Assembly: GCA_001915065.1 (NCBI GenBank)
Contig: MNDT01000061.1
Location: forward strand, 2,954-66,953
DNA: 64,000 bases
Reading direction: 5' to 3'
Origin: an archaeon 13_2_20CM_2_53_6
Lineage (GTDB): Archaea; Thermoproteota; Bathyarchaeia; 40CM-2-53-6
Shown here: in pieces, positions 46,238 through 56,626 of the stretch
Layout: the number at the start of each line of letters is the position of its first letter
How positions within the stretch are numbered: the stretch's first letter is position 1
Notes under the pieces: generated by a model
The model's input: the letters and a program-made list of their open reading frames with translations, nothing else
The model's database searches: none
What the model was told of the DNA's origin: nothing
Program-made: the position numbers and the translations under genes

Positions 46238-48016
46238 CTATCCTGTGAGATACGCGATTGCGCTTTCAACATCGAGAATGTCGCGCGGCAGATCGAATTC
46301 TGATGAGAGAGCCTGAAAGAGTGAAGTGATTTGCGGCGGAGCGAGAGACGTCTCTATCAACTTCTCCGGTGCTGAGAAAACCTCTCTTGGACTCCCCGAC
46401 ATGAATATGGCTCCTCGTCTGAAAACGAAGATTAAGTTACAGTATTCCGCGACGAGGTTCATGTTGTGGCTTATGATGATCACTGTCTTGCCGGTGTCGT
46501 TGAATCTCTTACAGATCTCCATTACAGTCTTGGCGCGCGCGTAGTCTTGGCCAGTCGTCGGCTCGTCTACAATGAGCACTCGAGGCTCTAGGGTCATGAT
46601 CGAGCCGAAGGCGACCCTCTGACGAAGTCCCTGGCTTAGGGAGAATGGACTGTGGCTGAGATAATTCTCTATTTCCAGGTCCCTTGCGACTTCCCTGACC
46701 CGACGGCCTATCTCATCCGGAGGCAGTTTCTTGTTCTTGGGTCCGAATTCCAGTTCCTCCTTGACCGTTCGGGCAAAGAACTGGTCGTCTGGGTTCTGAA
46801 AACTGTAGCCCACGATACTGGCTAGCTCGTCTGCTTCCTTTCCCGATGAATCCTCTCCGAAGATCTTGATCCTTCCCTTCGAGGCCTTGTAGAGTCCATT
46901 CAGGAGCTTCGCCGTTGTCGTTTTGCCCGAGCCGTTCTGCCCGACGAAGCCTACAAAGTCGCCTTCTCTAAGAGTAAGATTTAGTTCGGAGATCGCCTGC
47001 GTACCGTCAGGATAGTTGTACGCTACTCCTTCGCACTGGACCGAGATGCGATCGGAAAGCATAGGTGGCTTCTTGTCACTGTTTCGAAGACTGGTCTTCG
47101 GAAGGACGATTCGATGGCTCAGAATTTTTCTGAATGCCTCGATGCCTTCATCTAGTGTTACCGGTATCTTGTCGAGATTGATCCCTTTCTCCATGAGTTT
47201 GTAGGCAAGGCGCGTAACATCGGGGACCTGGATCTCCATTCCCTCGATCAAGCTGGCTCTGGAGAGGACATTGAGGGGCTTGTCGTCGGCTACTATCCTG
47301 CCATTGGACAGAACTATCATTCTGTCTGCGAAGGGCAGGACGTCTTCCAGCTTGTGCTCAACGATGATCACAGTTCTTTTCTCAGTCTTGACAAGTTCTC
47401 TGATCCTTTCGAAAACGAGGGTGGTCCCAATCGGGTCTAGGTTTGATGTGGGCTCGTCGAGAACCAGTATCTGAGGATGCATCACTTCGATTGCAGCAAT
47501 CGCACACGCTTGCTGCTGGCCTCCGGATAGGCTATGAGGGCTCTTCTTCTCCATTCCCACAAGCCGAGAGATTTGGAGGCCTTCGTTGACACGGTTTCTT
47601 ATCTCGGTCGATGGCAGGCAGAAGTTTTCGGGGCCAAATGCCAGTTCCTCCTCGACCGTCGAGTTGAAGAGCTGGTTTGAAGGGTTGTCAAAGCATAATC
47701 CTGTTATGGCTGAGAGAACCGGAACATCATAAACCCTAATGTCCAAGTCCGCGATCGTTACGTTTCCTTGGAGATCTCCGCGAAAGAAATGAGGTATCAG
47801 ACCATTCGTTGTTCTGCAGAGTGTCGTCTTTCCTGCGCCGCTCGGCCCCGTTATTATGATAACTTCGCCTGGGGCGACTTCGAGATCTATTCCTTGGATT
47901 GCGTCTTCTGTCGACCCTTCGTACTTCCACGATAGTCCCTTCATCTTTATGATAGCTTTAGACTTGGAATCGATTTCGGAATTGACGAGTTGGGTTTGTG
48001 GCAGTCCTTCCTGCAA
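46238..48016 (-). CDS. ecfA: ECF/ABC transporter ATPase, fused tandem ATP-binding domains (EcfA1-EcfA2 fusion)
   Basis: Two Walker A motifs (GPSGAGKTT, GQNGSGKTT), two ABC signatures (LSGGQQQ, LSQGLRQ), and two Walker B motifs (LVLDEPT, LIVDEPT). Confidence 0.85.
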   Translation of the reverse strand: MQEGLPQTQLVNSEIDSKSKAIIKMKGLSWKYEGSTEDAIQGIDLEVAPGEVIIITGPSGAGKTTLCRTTNGLIPHFFRGDLQGNVTIADLDIRVYDVPVLSAITGLCFDNPSNQLFNSTVEEELAFGPENFCLPSTEIRNRVNEGLQISRLVGMEKKSPHSLSGGQQQACAIAAIEVMHPQILVLDEPTSNLDPIGTTLVFERIRELVKTEKRTVIIVEHKLEDVLPFADRMIVLSNGRIVADDKPLNVLSRASLIEGMEIQVPDVTRLAYKLMEKGINLDKIPVTLDEGIEAFRKILSHRIVLPKTSLRNSDKKPPMLSDRISVQCEGVAYNYPDGTQAISELNLTLREGDFVGFVGQNGSGKTTTAKLLNGLYKASKGRIKIFGEDSSGKEADELASIVGYSFQNPDDQFFARTVKEELEFGPKNKKLPPDEIGRRVREVARDLEIENYLSHSPFSLSQGLRQRVAFGSIMTLEPRVLIVDEPTTGQDYARAKTVMEICKRFNDTGKTVIIISHNMNLVAEYCNLIFVFRRGAIFMSGSPREVFSAPEKLIETSLAPPQITSLFQALSSEFDLPRDILDVESAIAYLTG

Positions 48017-48261
48017 AGTGTGGGACTCGGCTAGCTCTTGTAGGCTCGGAGCTTTTATACAAATCTGGAAAAGCCTCCACGCGAGCCCCGTATGTACTTA
48101 TAAACCGATTTTGCGTCCGATTTGTCCCATATCCGCCAAAGTTATATCGATCCTGAATCCCATTCTTGAATCGTATGTCGGATAGCCCAAAGAATGTTCG
48201 GGCCGTGCCAACCTCTCCGGGTGGAGTTCCTCCTGCAGTGGCATCGATTGTTCCTAGAAAG

Positions 48262-48852
48262 ATGCTCCTCAGTACTCGAGGAATCGCGATATCGGCGATT
48301 TTGGGAGGCATGGCACTTGTAACAGAAGCTCTGGGACTTTCCCTGCCTGGATATCTTCCTGGTGTAAACTTCAACCTTGTCGGAACCTACCTCTCGATAG
48401 CCACAATGGCGGCGGGACCGTTGGGTGGGATGATTGTTACAATTCTTGATTCGTTCACATCAAGCGTCGGATTCTACGGACTGCCCTTCTACTGGCCCCA
48501 CGTTTTCATTCTAGCATATTTCTGGCCTAAGATCTACAAGCTTTCGAACACGGCTTACAGACTCGGGCTGTACTGGGCTGTCAGTGCGGTAGCGCTCTTC
48601 ACCCAATACTGGGGCTGGTTCTGGCTGTATGTAGTTGTCTTCAAGTACGCTGATACCGTCGTACCGCTTGCGGTCTACAACTTCGGAGGAGGCGCCTTCT
48701 GGATATTCCTCCTCATCTACGCACTGATTCCATCAGCGATCCTAACCGCATTTCCCTCTTTCGTAAAGCCAGAGTGGAAGTTTGCGAATCTGAAGTGGTG
48801 GACCCTTGCCGTCGTAGTGATATTTCTAGCGCTCGCAGCAACGAAGGCGTAG
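48262..48852 (+). CDS. Membrane protein, putative ECF substrate-binding (S) component
   Basis: About 195 aa with about 6 TM helices, divergent from ecfA-ecfT. No family-specific motif was recognised. An alternative start lies at 48166. Confidence 0.35.
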   Translation: MLLSTRGIAISAILGGMALVTEALGLSLPGYLPGVNFNLVGTYLSIATMAAGPLGGMIVTILDSFTSSVGFYGLPFYWPHVFILAYFWPKIYKLSNTAYRLGLYWAVSAVALFTQYWGWFWLYVVVFKYADTVVPLAVYNFGGGAFWIFLLIYALIPSAILTAFPSFVKPEWKFANLKWWTLAVVVIFLALAATKA

Positions 48853-48862
48853 GTAAAGAGTA

Positions 48863-49021
48863 ATGGCAGACCCCACGGACCTTCAGATGGCGGGCGCCAT
48901 AGCGATGATCATCGTCGTCTTCATCCTCGCTGTGATATTTTCCAAGTATTGGCGTCCCAAGGCGACAGAAGAGACGAGTAGGAATCAGCCTGCGAAGATA
49001 GGAAATAAAGGGCTCGGCTGA
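48863..49021 (+). CDS. Small single-TM protein (52 aa), hypothetical
   Basis: MADPTDLQMAGAIAMIIVVFILAVIFSKYWRPK... found by manual translation. It is under 60 aa, so absent from the ORF track. Speculative. Confidence 0.2.
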   Translation: MADPTDLQMAGAIAMIIVVFILAVIFSKYWRPKATEETSRNQPAKIGNKGLG

Positions 49022-49129
49022 GAAACCGTCGCAGCTACTAGACTGCCGAACTCTTTCTATGCCTTATCGCCGCTCGCTCTGAGCCTACGAGTTACGCTAT
49101 AGTTAATCTGATTAGTCGGTCGAACGATC

Positions 49130-51178
49130 TTGGGCTACAGAGTGGCAGTAGACGTCGGTGGCACGTTCACTGACCTGTGCGCCCTTAATGAAGAAACTGG
49201 AGAACTTGTTTTCGTCAAGGACTCTACCACACCAGCAAACTTCGCGCACGGGGTCGTCCAGGTCATCCGGAAGAGCGGACTCAAAAAAGAGGACTTTACC
49301 AGTTTCCTCGGAAACGGTTCAACTATCGTCATCAATGCGATTACTGAGCGGAAAGGAGCGAAGACAGGCCTCATCACCACGAAGGGGTTCAGGGACGTCC
49401 TGGAGATCCAGAGGTCCAACAGGACTGACATGTACAATTTCAGATATGAGAAGCCGAGACCGTTTGTTCCCCGGCATCGCGTCTTCGAAGTGGATGAGCG
49501 GCTCGACTTTCAAGGGAACGTCCTCAAGGCGCTTGACGAGAAGAGCGTCCAGACCGCTCTCGAGAATTGCAAGGGATTTGGTGTGGAGTCGTTAGCGGTT
49601 TGTCTTTACAACTCTTACAGTAATCCGGAGCACGAGGAGGTGATTGGCGAGGCAGCGAGGAAAATTCTTCCTCAGGTTCCTGTGACTCTCTCACATGAGC
49701 TGACGAGAGAGTGGAGAGAGTATGAGCGGATGAACACGGCTGTGATGAACGCATTCGTCCAACCGGTAGTCGACCTGTACTTGAGCACCTTGACCTCGGA
49801 ACTTCGAAAGATGGGCGTGACGATTCCATTGCACGTGATGCAGTCGAACGGCGGCGTCTCGACCTTTGATCGAGCTCGGGAGATTCCTATCTATCAAATT
49901 GAATCAGGTCCGATCGGCGGGATAATTGGAGCCACTTTTCTCGGCAGAGTGATCGGCGAGCCCAATGTCCTCTCACTGGACGTAGGAGGCACGACGGCGA
50001 AGACATCGCTCGTGGATGATGGAGAGGTGAAGGTCAACACGGATTACAAGGTCGCTAGGTCGGCTTTCTCTTCCGGCTATCCTGTGAAGGTGCCGGTTGT
50101 CGATATAGTCGAGATCGGGGCAGGGGGAGGGAGCATAGCTTGGGCCAACGAGGTCGGGTCGTTGAACGTGGGTCCTCAATCGGCTGCAGCCGACCCTGGA
50201 CCCGCCTGCTACGACAGGGGCGGAAAGAGCCCCACAGTCACAGACGCTTTCCTCTTGACAGGAGTAATCGATCCTGACTACTTCTTGGGCGGAGAGATCA
50301 AGCTGCAAAAGTCAAGGTCAGAAGAGGCGTTCAAGGAACTGGCATCGACACTGGGCAGATCCCTCAGAGATGCGGCCATCGGCACGATACAGGTGGCCAT
50401 TGCTAACATGATCAACGCGCTCAAGCTGGTTTCGGTCCGGAGAGGCTACGATCCGAGGGATTTCGCAATGGTGGCTTTTGGTGGAGGGGGTCCCATGTTT
50501 GCAACAGCGTTGGCGAGAGAGCTGGGCGTTGAGAGAGTAATCGTGCCGCGTGTTCCAGGGGTCTTCTCTGCGCTTGGTATGCTTCTGACGGATCTTCGGC
50601 ATGACTTTCTCCAAACGAGGGTGCTTAGGCTGTCCCAAGAGGCTCTGAAAGAAGCCTTGGGTGTTGGAGAGGGATTCAGAGAGGAGGCTGTGAAGAGGTT
50701 TGAAGAAGAGCGTGTGTTGTTAGCGGATGTCTGGCACGAGCTCTCATTCGACCTTAGATACCTAGGCCAGGAGCACACGGTCAACGTTCCAATAGACTGG
50801 AAAGATTCCGTGGCCGACGTAGAGAAGAAATTCCATGATCGTCATTTCAAAGAGTACACCTTCAAGCTAACGGATCCCCTGGAGATCGTGAACATTCACG
50901 TTGCATCCTACGGCAAGGTGAAGAAACCCCGGCTCAAGAAGTACAAAGCGTCAGGCGCGGTCGGCGACGCCCTAAAGGGGAAGAGAAACGTGGTCTTCGA
51001 AAACGGGAAGCTCGTACGGATCCCCGTCTTCCAACGGGACAAGCTACCGTCAAAGAATCGTCTCAAGGGACCCGCGATCATAGAGGAGCCTACTTCTACA
51101 ACCATCTTGCGTCCCGGCGACAAGCTCATGGTCGATGATTATGGAAATCTCATGATCAGTATCCCGGGAAGCGGTTGA
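49130..51178 (+). CDS. hyuA: Hydantoinase/oxoprolinase family protein, A subunit (N-methylhydantoinase A-like)
   Basis: N-terminal VAVDVGGTFTD (ASKHA fold) and the conserved hydantoinase A blocks (LDVGGTTAK...). Confidence 0.85.
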   Translation: MGYRVAVDVGGTFTDLCALNEETGELVFVKDSTTPANFAHGVVQVIRKSGLKKEDFTSFLGNGSTIVINAITERKGAKTGLITTKGFRDVLEIQRSNRTDMYNFRYEKPRPFVPRHRVFEVDERLDFQGNVLKALDEKSVQTALENCKGFGVESLAVCLYNSYSNPEHEEVIGEAARKILPQVPVTLSHELTREWREYERMNTAVMNAFVQPVVDLYLSTLTSELRKMGVTIPLHVMQSNGGVSTFDRAREIPIYQIESGPIGGIIGATFLGRVIGEPNVLSLDVGGTTAKTSLVDDGEVKVNTDYKVARSAFSSGYPVKVPVVDIVEIGAGGGSIAWANEVGSLNVGPQSAAADPGPACYDRGGKSPTVTDAFLLTGVIDPDYFLGGEIKLQKSRSEEAFKELASTLGRSLRDAAIGTIQVAIANMINALKLVSVRRGYDPRDFAMVAFGGGGPMFATALARELGVERVIVPRVPGVFSALGMLLTDLRHDFLQTRVLRLSQEALKEALGVGEGFREEAVKRFEEERVLLADVWHELSFDLRYLGQEHTVNVPIDWKDSVADVEKKFHDRHFKEYTFKLTDPLEIVNIHVASYGKVKKPRLKKYKASGAVGDALKGKRNVVFENGKLVRIPVFQRDKLPSKNRLKGPAIIEEPTSTTILRPGDKLMVDDYGNLMISIPGSG

Positions 51179-51180
51179 GG

Positions 51181-52917
51181 ATGGTCAGGAAGGGAGTTAC
51201 CGAAAGTTTCACCTTGGACATTATCCAGAACTCGCTCATTACTGCCGCCGAAGAGATCTTCGCCGTCTTCGGCCGCACGAGCAAGAGCCCAGTCATCTAC
51301 GAAGTTCTCGATTACGCTTGCGGCTTGACCGACAACCAGGGGAGGATGATTGCGCAAGCGAACGGGGTCCCGGGGTTTCTTGGAACGCTCGACATGGCCG
51401 TCGTCCAAGCGATAAAGAAGTTCGGTCTGAACGGATTTCACAACGGAGACATAATCATAACGAACATTCCCTATACGGACGGGACGCATCTCAATGATGT
51501 TACTCTGATCATGCCCATCTACTATCGTGACGAGATCGTAGCCTTCTCTGCAAACAAAGGGCACTGGAGCGAGGTGGGAGGGATGCACTTTGGCAGCTGG
51601 ACATCAGATTCGACCGAGATCTACCAGGAAGGCCTCCAGTTCCCAACGATCAAACTGTTCAGCAAAGACAAGCCCGTCCAAGAGGTGATCGACATCATCC
51701 GGGCAAACGTAAGGACCCCGACGATGACGCTGGGCGATATGGAGGCCCAGGCCGCGTCCCTGAGAGTGGGGCGAAGACGGGTCCAGGAACTCTGCGACAA
51801 GTACGGGGGTAGGGTCGTTGAGAACGCGATGGAGAGGCTCATCGAGCAAGGAGAGGAACTGATGCTCAAGCGGCTTCGAGAACTGCCACATGGCACGTTC
51901 ATGGCAGAGGATTGGGTTGACGATGATGGGATCACAGACAATCCCGTGCAGGTGAAGGCGAAGGTTGAGATCAGCGATCAGAGCTTCACGATCGACCTTA
52001 CCGGGTCAGGGGCTCAAGCGAAGGGATCAATCAATTCTCCCTGGGTAGCCACGGTCTCGGCCGCCAGAACCATCCTCAAGGCGGTTACTGATCCGCACAT
52101 GCCGGTGACTGATGGTAGCTTCCACCCATTGAAGATCGTCGCGCCGGAGGGTACGATATTCAACCCCAAACCTCCAGCACCCACGTCCACGTACTGGGAG
52201 GCAATGGCCTTTGTGACCGACCTGGTCTGGAAGGCACTCGCGCCAGTGGTGCCTGATAGGCTGACTGCAGGTCACTTTCTGAGCGTCTGCGCGACCATCG
52301 TCGGCGGCATAGACGACAGGTCGAAGGAGCCGTTTGCCATCGTCGAGCCGCAGGCCGGTGGCTGGGGGGCCGGGAAGGGAAAGGACGGTGAGAGCGGGCT
52401 TGTCTGCAGCGGCGACGGCGAGACATACATCATGTCTAATGAGGTGATCGAGGTCCGCCATCCAATCATAGTGGAACAGTACTCGCTCAACGTAGAAGAT
52501 GGCGTGTCTCACGGAGAGTTCAGGGGTGGCTTCGGTCTCGTCAAAGACTATCGGATCAACAACTCCAACGCGACCTTCACCGCATCCTTCGGGAGATCGA
52601 AGTATCCTCCATGGGGAATGAACGGAGGAGACGGCGGAGGACCCAACTACTTCATCATCTACAAGTCAGGAAGAGAGCCTTTCAAGACAAGAAAAGTCGC
52701 AGCTGTCGAACTTGGAAAGGGAGACTTGATCAGGCTGAAGACCGGGCGTGGGGGAGCATACGGGAATCCGCTCGATAGAGACCCGAAACGCGTCGCTGAC
52801 GATGTCCGAGACGGATACTTGACGCCGGAAACTGCGAAAGAGAAGTATGAAGTCGTTCTTCCCATAGACTTGGACCCCGACCAGAGGAGAACCGAAACAA
52901 CACGAAAGAGTCGGTGA
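51181..52917 (+). CDS. hyuB: Hydantoinase B/oxoprolinase family protein, B subunit
   Basis: The hydantoinase B signature region (DYACGLTDNQGRMIAQANGVPGFLG...) follows hyuA with a 2-nt gap, typical of A/B pairs. Confidence 0.85.
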   Translation: MVRKGVTESFTLDIIQNSLITAAEEIFAVFGRTSKSPVIYEVLDYACGLTDNQGRMIAQANGVPGFLGTLDMAVVQAIKKFGLNGFHNGDIIITNIPYTDGTHLNDVTLIMPIYYRDEIVAFSANKGHWSEVGGMHFGSWTSDSTEIYQEGLQFPTIKLFSKDKPVQEVIDIIRANVRTPTMTLGDMEAQAASLRVGRRRVQELCDKYGGRVVENAMERLIEQGEELMLKRLRELPHGTFMAEDWVDDDGITDNPVQVKAKVEISDQSFTIDLTGSGAQAKGSINSPWVATVSAARTILKAVTDPHMPVTDGSFHPLKIVAPEGTIFNPKPPAPTSTYWEAMAFVTDLVWKALAPVVPDRLTAGHFLSVCATIVGGIDDRSKEPFAIVEPQAGGWGAGKGKDGESGLVCSGDGETYIMSNEVIEVRHPIIVEQYSLNVEDGVSHGEFRGGFGLVKDYRINNSNATFTASFGRSKYPPWGMNGGDGGGPNYFIIYKSGREPFKTRKVAAVELGKGDLIRLKTGRGGAYGNPLDRDPKRVADDVRDGYLTPETAKEKYEVVLPIDLDPDQRRTETTRKSR

Positions 52918-53080
52918 GGGCTCGGTTCTCAGCGGACTAGAACAATCCCCTATAGGATTCATCGATCTGAACACGATCACGGAATCCTCCGCAGATCTTG
53001 TCTCCCAGGCGAACTCGAACGAACAGGCACAGGAGAGTTCTTCGCAGAATACAGCCTCAACGTCGAACCACAAGCAGCTA

Positions 53081-53253
53081 GGAAAGCCTCGGGTCATTCC
53101 TCCTAGACGCCGCGGGACCACGTACGAACTGTCCTTTCCAACTACTGAAAGTCTAACCCGAGCGGTTACGAGAACAAGAGCCGTATACCCGGGAGTCCAA
53201 GAGATTCTCGGTTAGACGTACAGGCAAGATCCAAGGTGATTCCAGGTTGATGG
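53081..53253 (+). repeat. Direct repeat copy B: truncated, stop-containing duplicate of the 3' end of gene 44427-44900
   Basis: Encodes ...RRGTTYELSFPTTESLTRAVTRTRAVYPGVQEILG* with no upstream ORF; similarity continues past the stop. Confidence 0.6.
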
Positions 53254-54335
53254 TATCAGAGCGTAACTGGACGACCTCAACAAGATAGACCGGCTGCAGC
53301 TGCCATGAATCGAGAACGCAAAACGAAGACACGACTGGACCAGACGCCTATGGCCCATGCCGGACATGAGCGAAAGAATCCAGAACCTAACATTGGACTA
53401 ATTATCTCTCATGAGTCTCAGGAACTGAAATAACTAGAAGACGACCAAACCAGTTATCTGACACGGGTCGAAATACCAGTCCGGGCAGTTCTGCGTCGCG
53501 AGACCAGCACGCATACCCTATTTTTCGAGACGCTCTATTGCTAGTCGGATCTTTACAGGGACCCATCAAGAATCCTGTTCGCGTCTCTCTAAGGTCAAGC
53601 CGATCTTATCACTGACATAGACGGCTAGGCCGTTTTCTAGGCGTTTTCCTTTGCACCCTCAGGGTCAGCAGCGTCTCCAGCCTCGGGGGTCTGATATCCT
53701 TCCGCCACGGAGATTGGTTACAGCATGCTGAAGCATCAAGACAGCGAGGGATCCAGATCGGCAAGGATTGAGCGAGATCGTCCATGACCTGGTGCGTCAA
53801 ATGCTCAGACTGCCCTTCGACGACGCCACCATAGTCTTCCACCTCAAATCGGCCAAGATTCGCAACGCGCAACAGATCCTGGACAGCGTCCTAGCAGAGG
53901 CCAAACAAGAAGCAATAGCCCAACTATCTTCCAGAAACCGCTAGATCAACGGATAGCGTCTTAGCAGTCAAATGCCAAGCAGGTCATTGAGACAGCAGAA
54001 GCCCAAGAGATCGTCTGCCGAGAATTCCACGAACAACTCTACGAAAATACCTCGACGCAACACGCGTGAAATGAGAAACATGGATCATCGACGGCGACCC
54101 TACTGCACCCACACGATCCCATGAACCTAAGACAGGTTGAACTGCAAGAAGTCTCGGAGATTGGGCTCGGAGACCTGATTCTCTTGATGACACTATCGCG
54201 ACGATTTTGCGTTCATCACTTGTGAGGGGTGTTGTAAAGATGATGTGTCAAGCACTTTCTGCAATGAATCCACGCTCCACACTTCCAACATTTCACCCAC
54301 TGAGATTTGCCTTCTTGTGGCAATGGTTCTGAGGA

Positions 54336-54698
54336 GTGTCTCTCCGATCGTCCGGGCATCGAATCTATACTGCTTTACCGCAAGGCTATTTTCGATTTGC
54401 TTTCGACTCGGCGAGGAGGTTCGCACGGAAGAACCTCGCAACACAGATCATAATCGCGAACGAGCAGACCCGGGACACTCTTCCTCCCTCCCGGGTCCAG
54501 ACAGAGTCTCGAAAGATCACGATAACCGAGCGAGGCTTGCAAGAGATCAGAACCGGCCGCTATGGAAGGGTCCAGCTGCCCAGCCAGGAAGAGGCCCGCT
54601 ACTGGCTCCAACAATGGCGTGAAGCCGCTATGCCCAAGGAAGAGGTTGTTGTACGCAAGAACTTGGTTCGGAGAAAACCACCAGAGGTGAGAGAATGA
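54336..54698 (+). CDS. Hypothetical protein (low confidence)
   Basis: 120-aa ORF. Its stop overlaps the next ORF start (ATGA at 54695), which suggests a two-gene unit. No homology was recognised. Confidence 0.2.
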   Translation: MSLRSSGHRIYTALPQGYFRFAFDSARRFARKNLATQIIIANEQTRDTLPPSRVQTESRKITITERGLQEIRTGRYGRVQLPSQEEARYWLQQWREAAMPKEEVVVRKNLVRRKPPEVRE

Positions 54699-54949
54699 CA
54701 AAGAACAAGACCCGAGAAGGACCACTACCGCCGCCCGATAAGGGAGTCAATGATGCGAGACCTGGACTGCCAACTCCAACAGTGCGGAAACCTGTTACCT
54801 GGGTCCAACCAGAACCAACGACAGCCGACGTTACGCGACCTCAACAGCTGAGCCCAGACACGACATGGGCCGAGCCCAGCGTCGCCAAGTCGAAGCTGGC
54901 AAGAGGGTCCCCAGGGCTCTCAACCACTAGGGACCAGACAAAAGAGTAG
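54695..54949 (+). CDS. Hypothetical Pro/Thr-rich protein (low confidence)
   Basis: 84 aa; composition-biased. Confidence 0.15.
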   Translation: MTKNKTREGPLPPPDKGVNDARPGLPTPTVRKPVTWVQPEPTTADVTRPQQLSPDTTWAEPSVAKSKLARGSPGLSTTRDQTKE

Positions 54950-55386
54950 GCACCAAACGATGGTCCGGTCCAAGTACGTTATTTGGTTGTCTTGTAGTTT
55001 GATTGCTAGTTCTTGTTCCATTCGTGAGGGGTTGGCGTGTAGTCGTTCGCGCCAGTCGCTCCGCTGACTCGACATCTGCAATCTTGAGCTAGGGTTCGGC
55101 TATTGCTCAGACACGAGAGCGAAACTGCCTGTACTCTCGTCCATCTCTCCAGACTAAGAACACAGAGGCCACCATCACCACTTCCATGGAGGCTGCAAGA
55201 CCCGCACGCGACACTGGTCTGTGCTTGAAGGCGTCCTCAGCCTCCTCCTGACCATCGAGTTGGTCCCTCAACCCTCAATCGATACAGCCTTGAAAAGTGT
55301 CTTGTGGAGACTGAGCTATGCAGGTGAAGGTGTCCTGCAGAGGAAGACTTACATGTATCCTGCATGTAATTTTAGATGGATACTAA

Positions 55387-55623
55387 ATGGAGCGCAAGGT
55401 GGCTCAGACGGAGCTTGAGCCTGCTGAGTATTCTACACTCGCGGCGACGGCCCGGAAGAAGGGCTTGACCATAAAGGAGGCACTGCGCGAGGCGGCTCTG
55501 CGGTGGAGCCAGGAAGAATCGGGAATAAACCCCAGCGATCCCATCTTCCACGTGAAGGCTCGGGATTGGGGCAGAGGCACAGAGAACGCCTCTAGAGAAG
55601 TGGACGAAACAGTGTACGGATAG
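55387..55623 (+). CDS. vapB: Type II antitoxin (VapB-like, putative RHH/Phd-type)
   Basis: 78 aa, immediately upstream of the PIN gene; LTIKEALREAALRW is a helix typical of small antitoxins. Confidence 0.5.
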   Translation: MERKVAQTELEPAEYSTLAATARKKGLTIKEALREAALRWSQEESGINPSDPIFHVKARDWGRGTENASREVDETVYG

Positions 55624-55635
55624 GAACAGCCTTCT

Positions 55636-56058
55636 TTGCGGCTCTTCATCGACACTGGACCCTTCATGGCCAGGCATAACAAGAGAGACAAGCAACATTC
55701 CTATGCCGTCCAATCATTCGACAAGATCAGAGATGGAGAGACGGCATACAGGAAACTCTACACCTCTGACTATATCCTGGATGAGGCTGTAACTGGATGC
55801 CGGCAGAGAACACACAACCACGGACTCTCAGTCGAACTCGGCACCCTCATCCTCTCCTCCGAATCACTTCTCATGCTCAGAGTTGACGAGGATACTCTCT
55901 TGGAGGCCTGGGAACTCTTCAAGTCGAGGAGAGAGATACCGCTCAGTCTGACCGACTGTACTTCTGCAATACTCGCGAGAAAACATGGAATAACAGACGT
56001 CTACAGTTATGACAGCGACTTTGAAGCGCTGGGTTTCAGGGTGCTCGCGCGACTCTAG
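55636..56058 (+). CDS. vapC: PIN-domain toxin VapC
   Basis: MRLFIDTGPFMA...D.E...TDCTS...SYDSDF: the four conserved acidic PIN residues. Confidence 0.7.
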   Translation: MRLFIDTGPFMARHNKRDKQHSYAVQSFDKIRDGETAYRKLYTSDYILDEAVTGCRQRTHNHGLSVELGTLILSSESLLMLRVDEDTLLEAWELFKSRREIPLSLTDCTSAILARKHGITDVYSYDSDFEALGFRVLARL

Positions 56059-56211
56059 CTCCGTTATCAGACGTTCAACCGTATTCTCGACTACCTGGAA
56101 AGCTCCAACAAGATCCTCCTTGACATGGGAGAGATTGTCTGGACCTTCCCCAATAATCCGAGACTGCGAAGACTGCTTAGAGAAAGTGTCCGGGTCTGAT
56201 AGACAGATCGC

Positions 56212-56412
56212 TCATTTCAATCGTTTTCGGAAGCTGGGTACGGTTATGCCGATGATTCTATCGCCTTTGTAGTGTAATATTATGTCATTGTTGAGTACGA
56301 TACTATCAGAGGCAGGCTTCGGTGGGCCGAAACTGATGTAGAGCACATCAGCCTCCTTATCATAGTCGACGTCCAGCTCCTCTACTTTGGAGATGGTCAA
56401 CGCTTTGGCCAA
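56212..56412 (-). CDS. DUF2283-family small protein (antitoxin-like)
   Basis: VDYDKEADVLYISFG is the DUF2283 hallmark. Confidence 0.55.
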   Translation of the reverse strand: MAKALTISKVEELDVDYDKEADVLYISFGPPKPASDSIVLNNDIILHYKGDRIIGITVPSFRKRLK

Positions 56413-56626
56413 ACTATCCCCCTCTTGTGATTCCTAACATCGGAAGAACCGCCGTTATCATAAAAGCTACCGACTTGCTGTCTGTCGACTCGCCCAGCAA
56501 ACTAAGTCTTGGCTAGTTTTTCCAAAAGCTCTCGGTCTTCTCGAAGAGCTTCTTCCATTGCTTGGTTGAACTCTTCGTCTGCGAATGTATCAGGCTTCTT
56601 ATTCTGCCCCAACATGTTCGTATACA

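Noticed and set aside
53609-53872. 87-aa minus ORF and the overlapping 58-aa + ORF in the low-density stretch
   Set aside because: Neither frame shows motifs or a composition typical of the confident genes here. Left uncalled.
56502-56615. 37-aa minus-strand ORF between doc and the DUF2283 gene
   Set aside because: Too short and without a recognisable motif to call as a gene. It is mentioned only in the Doc-locus finding.
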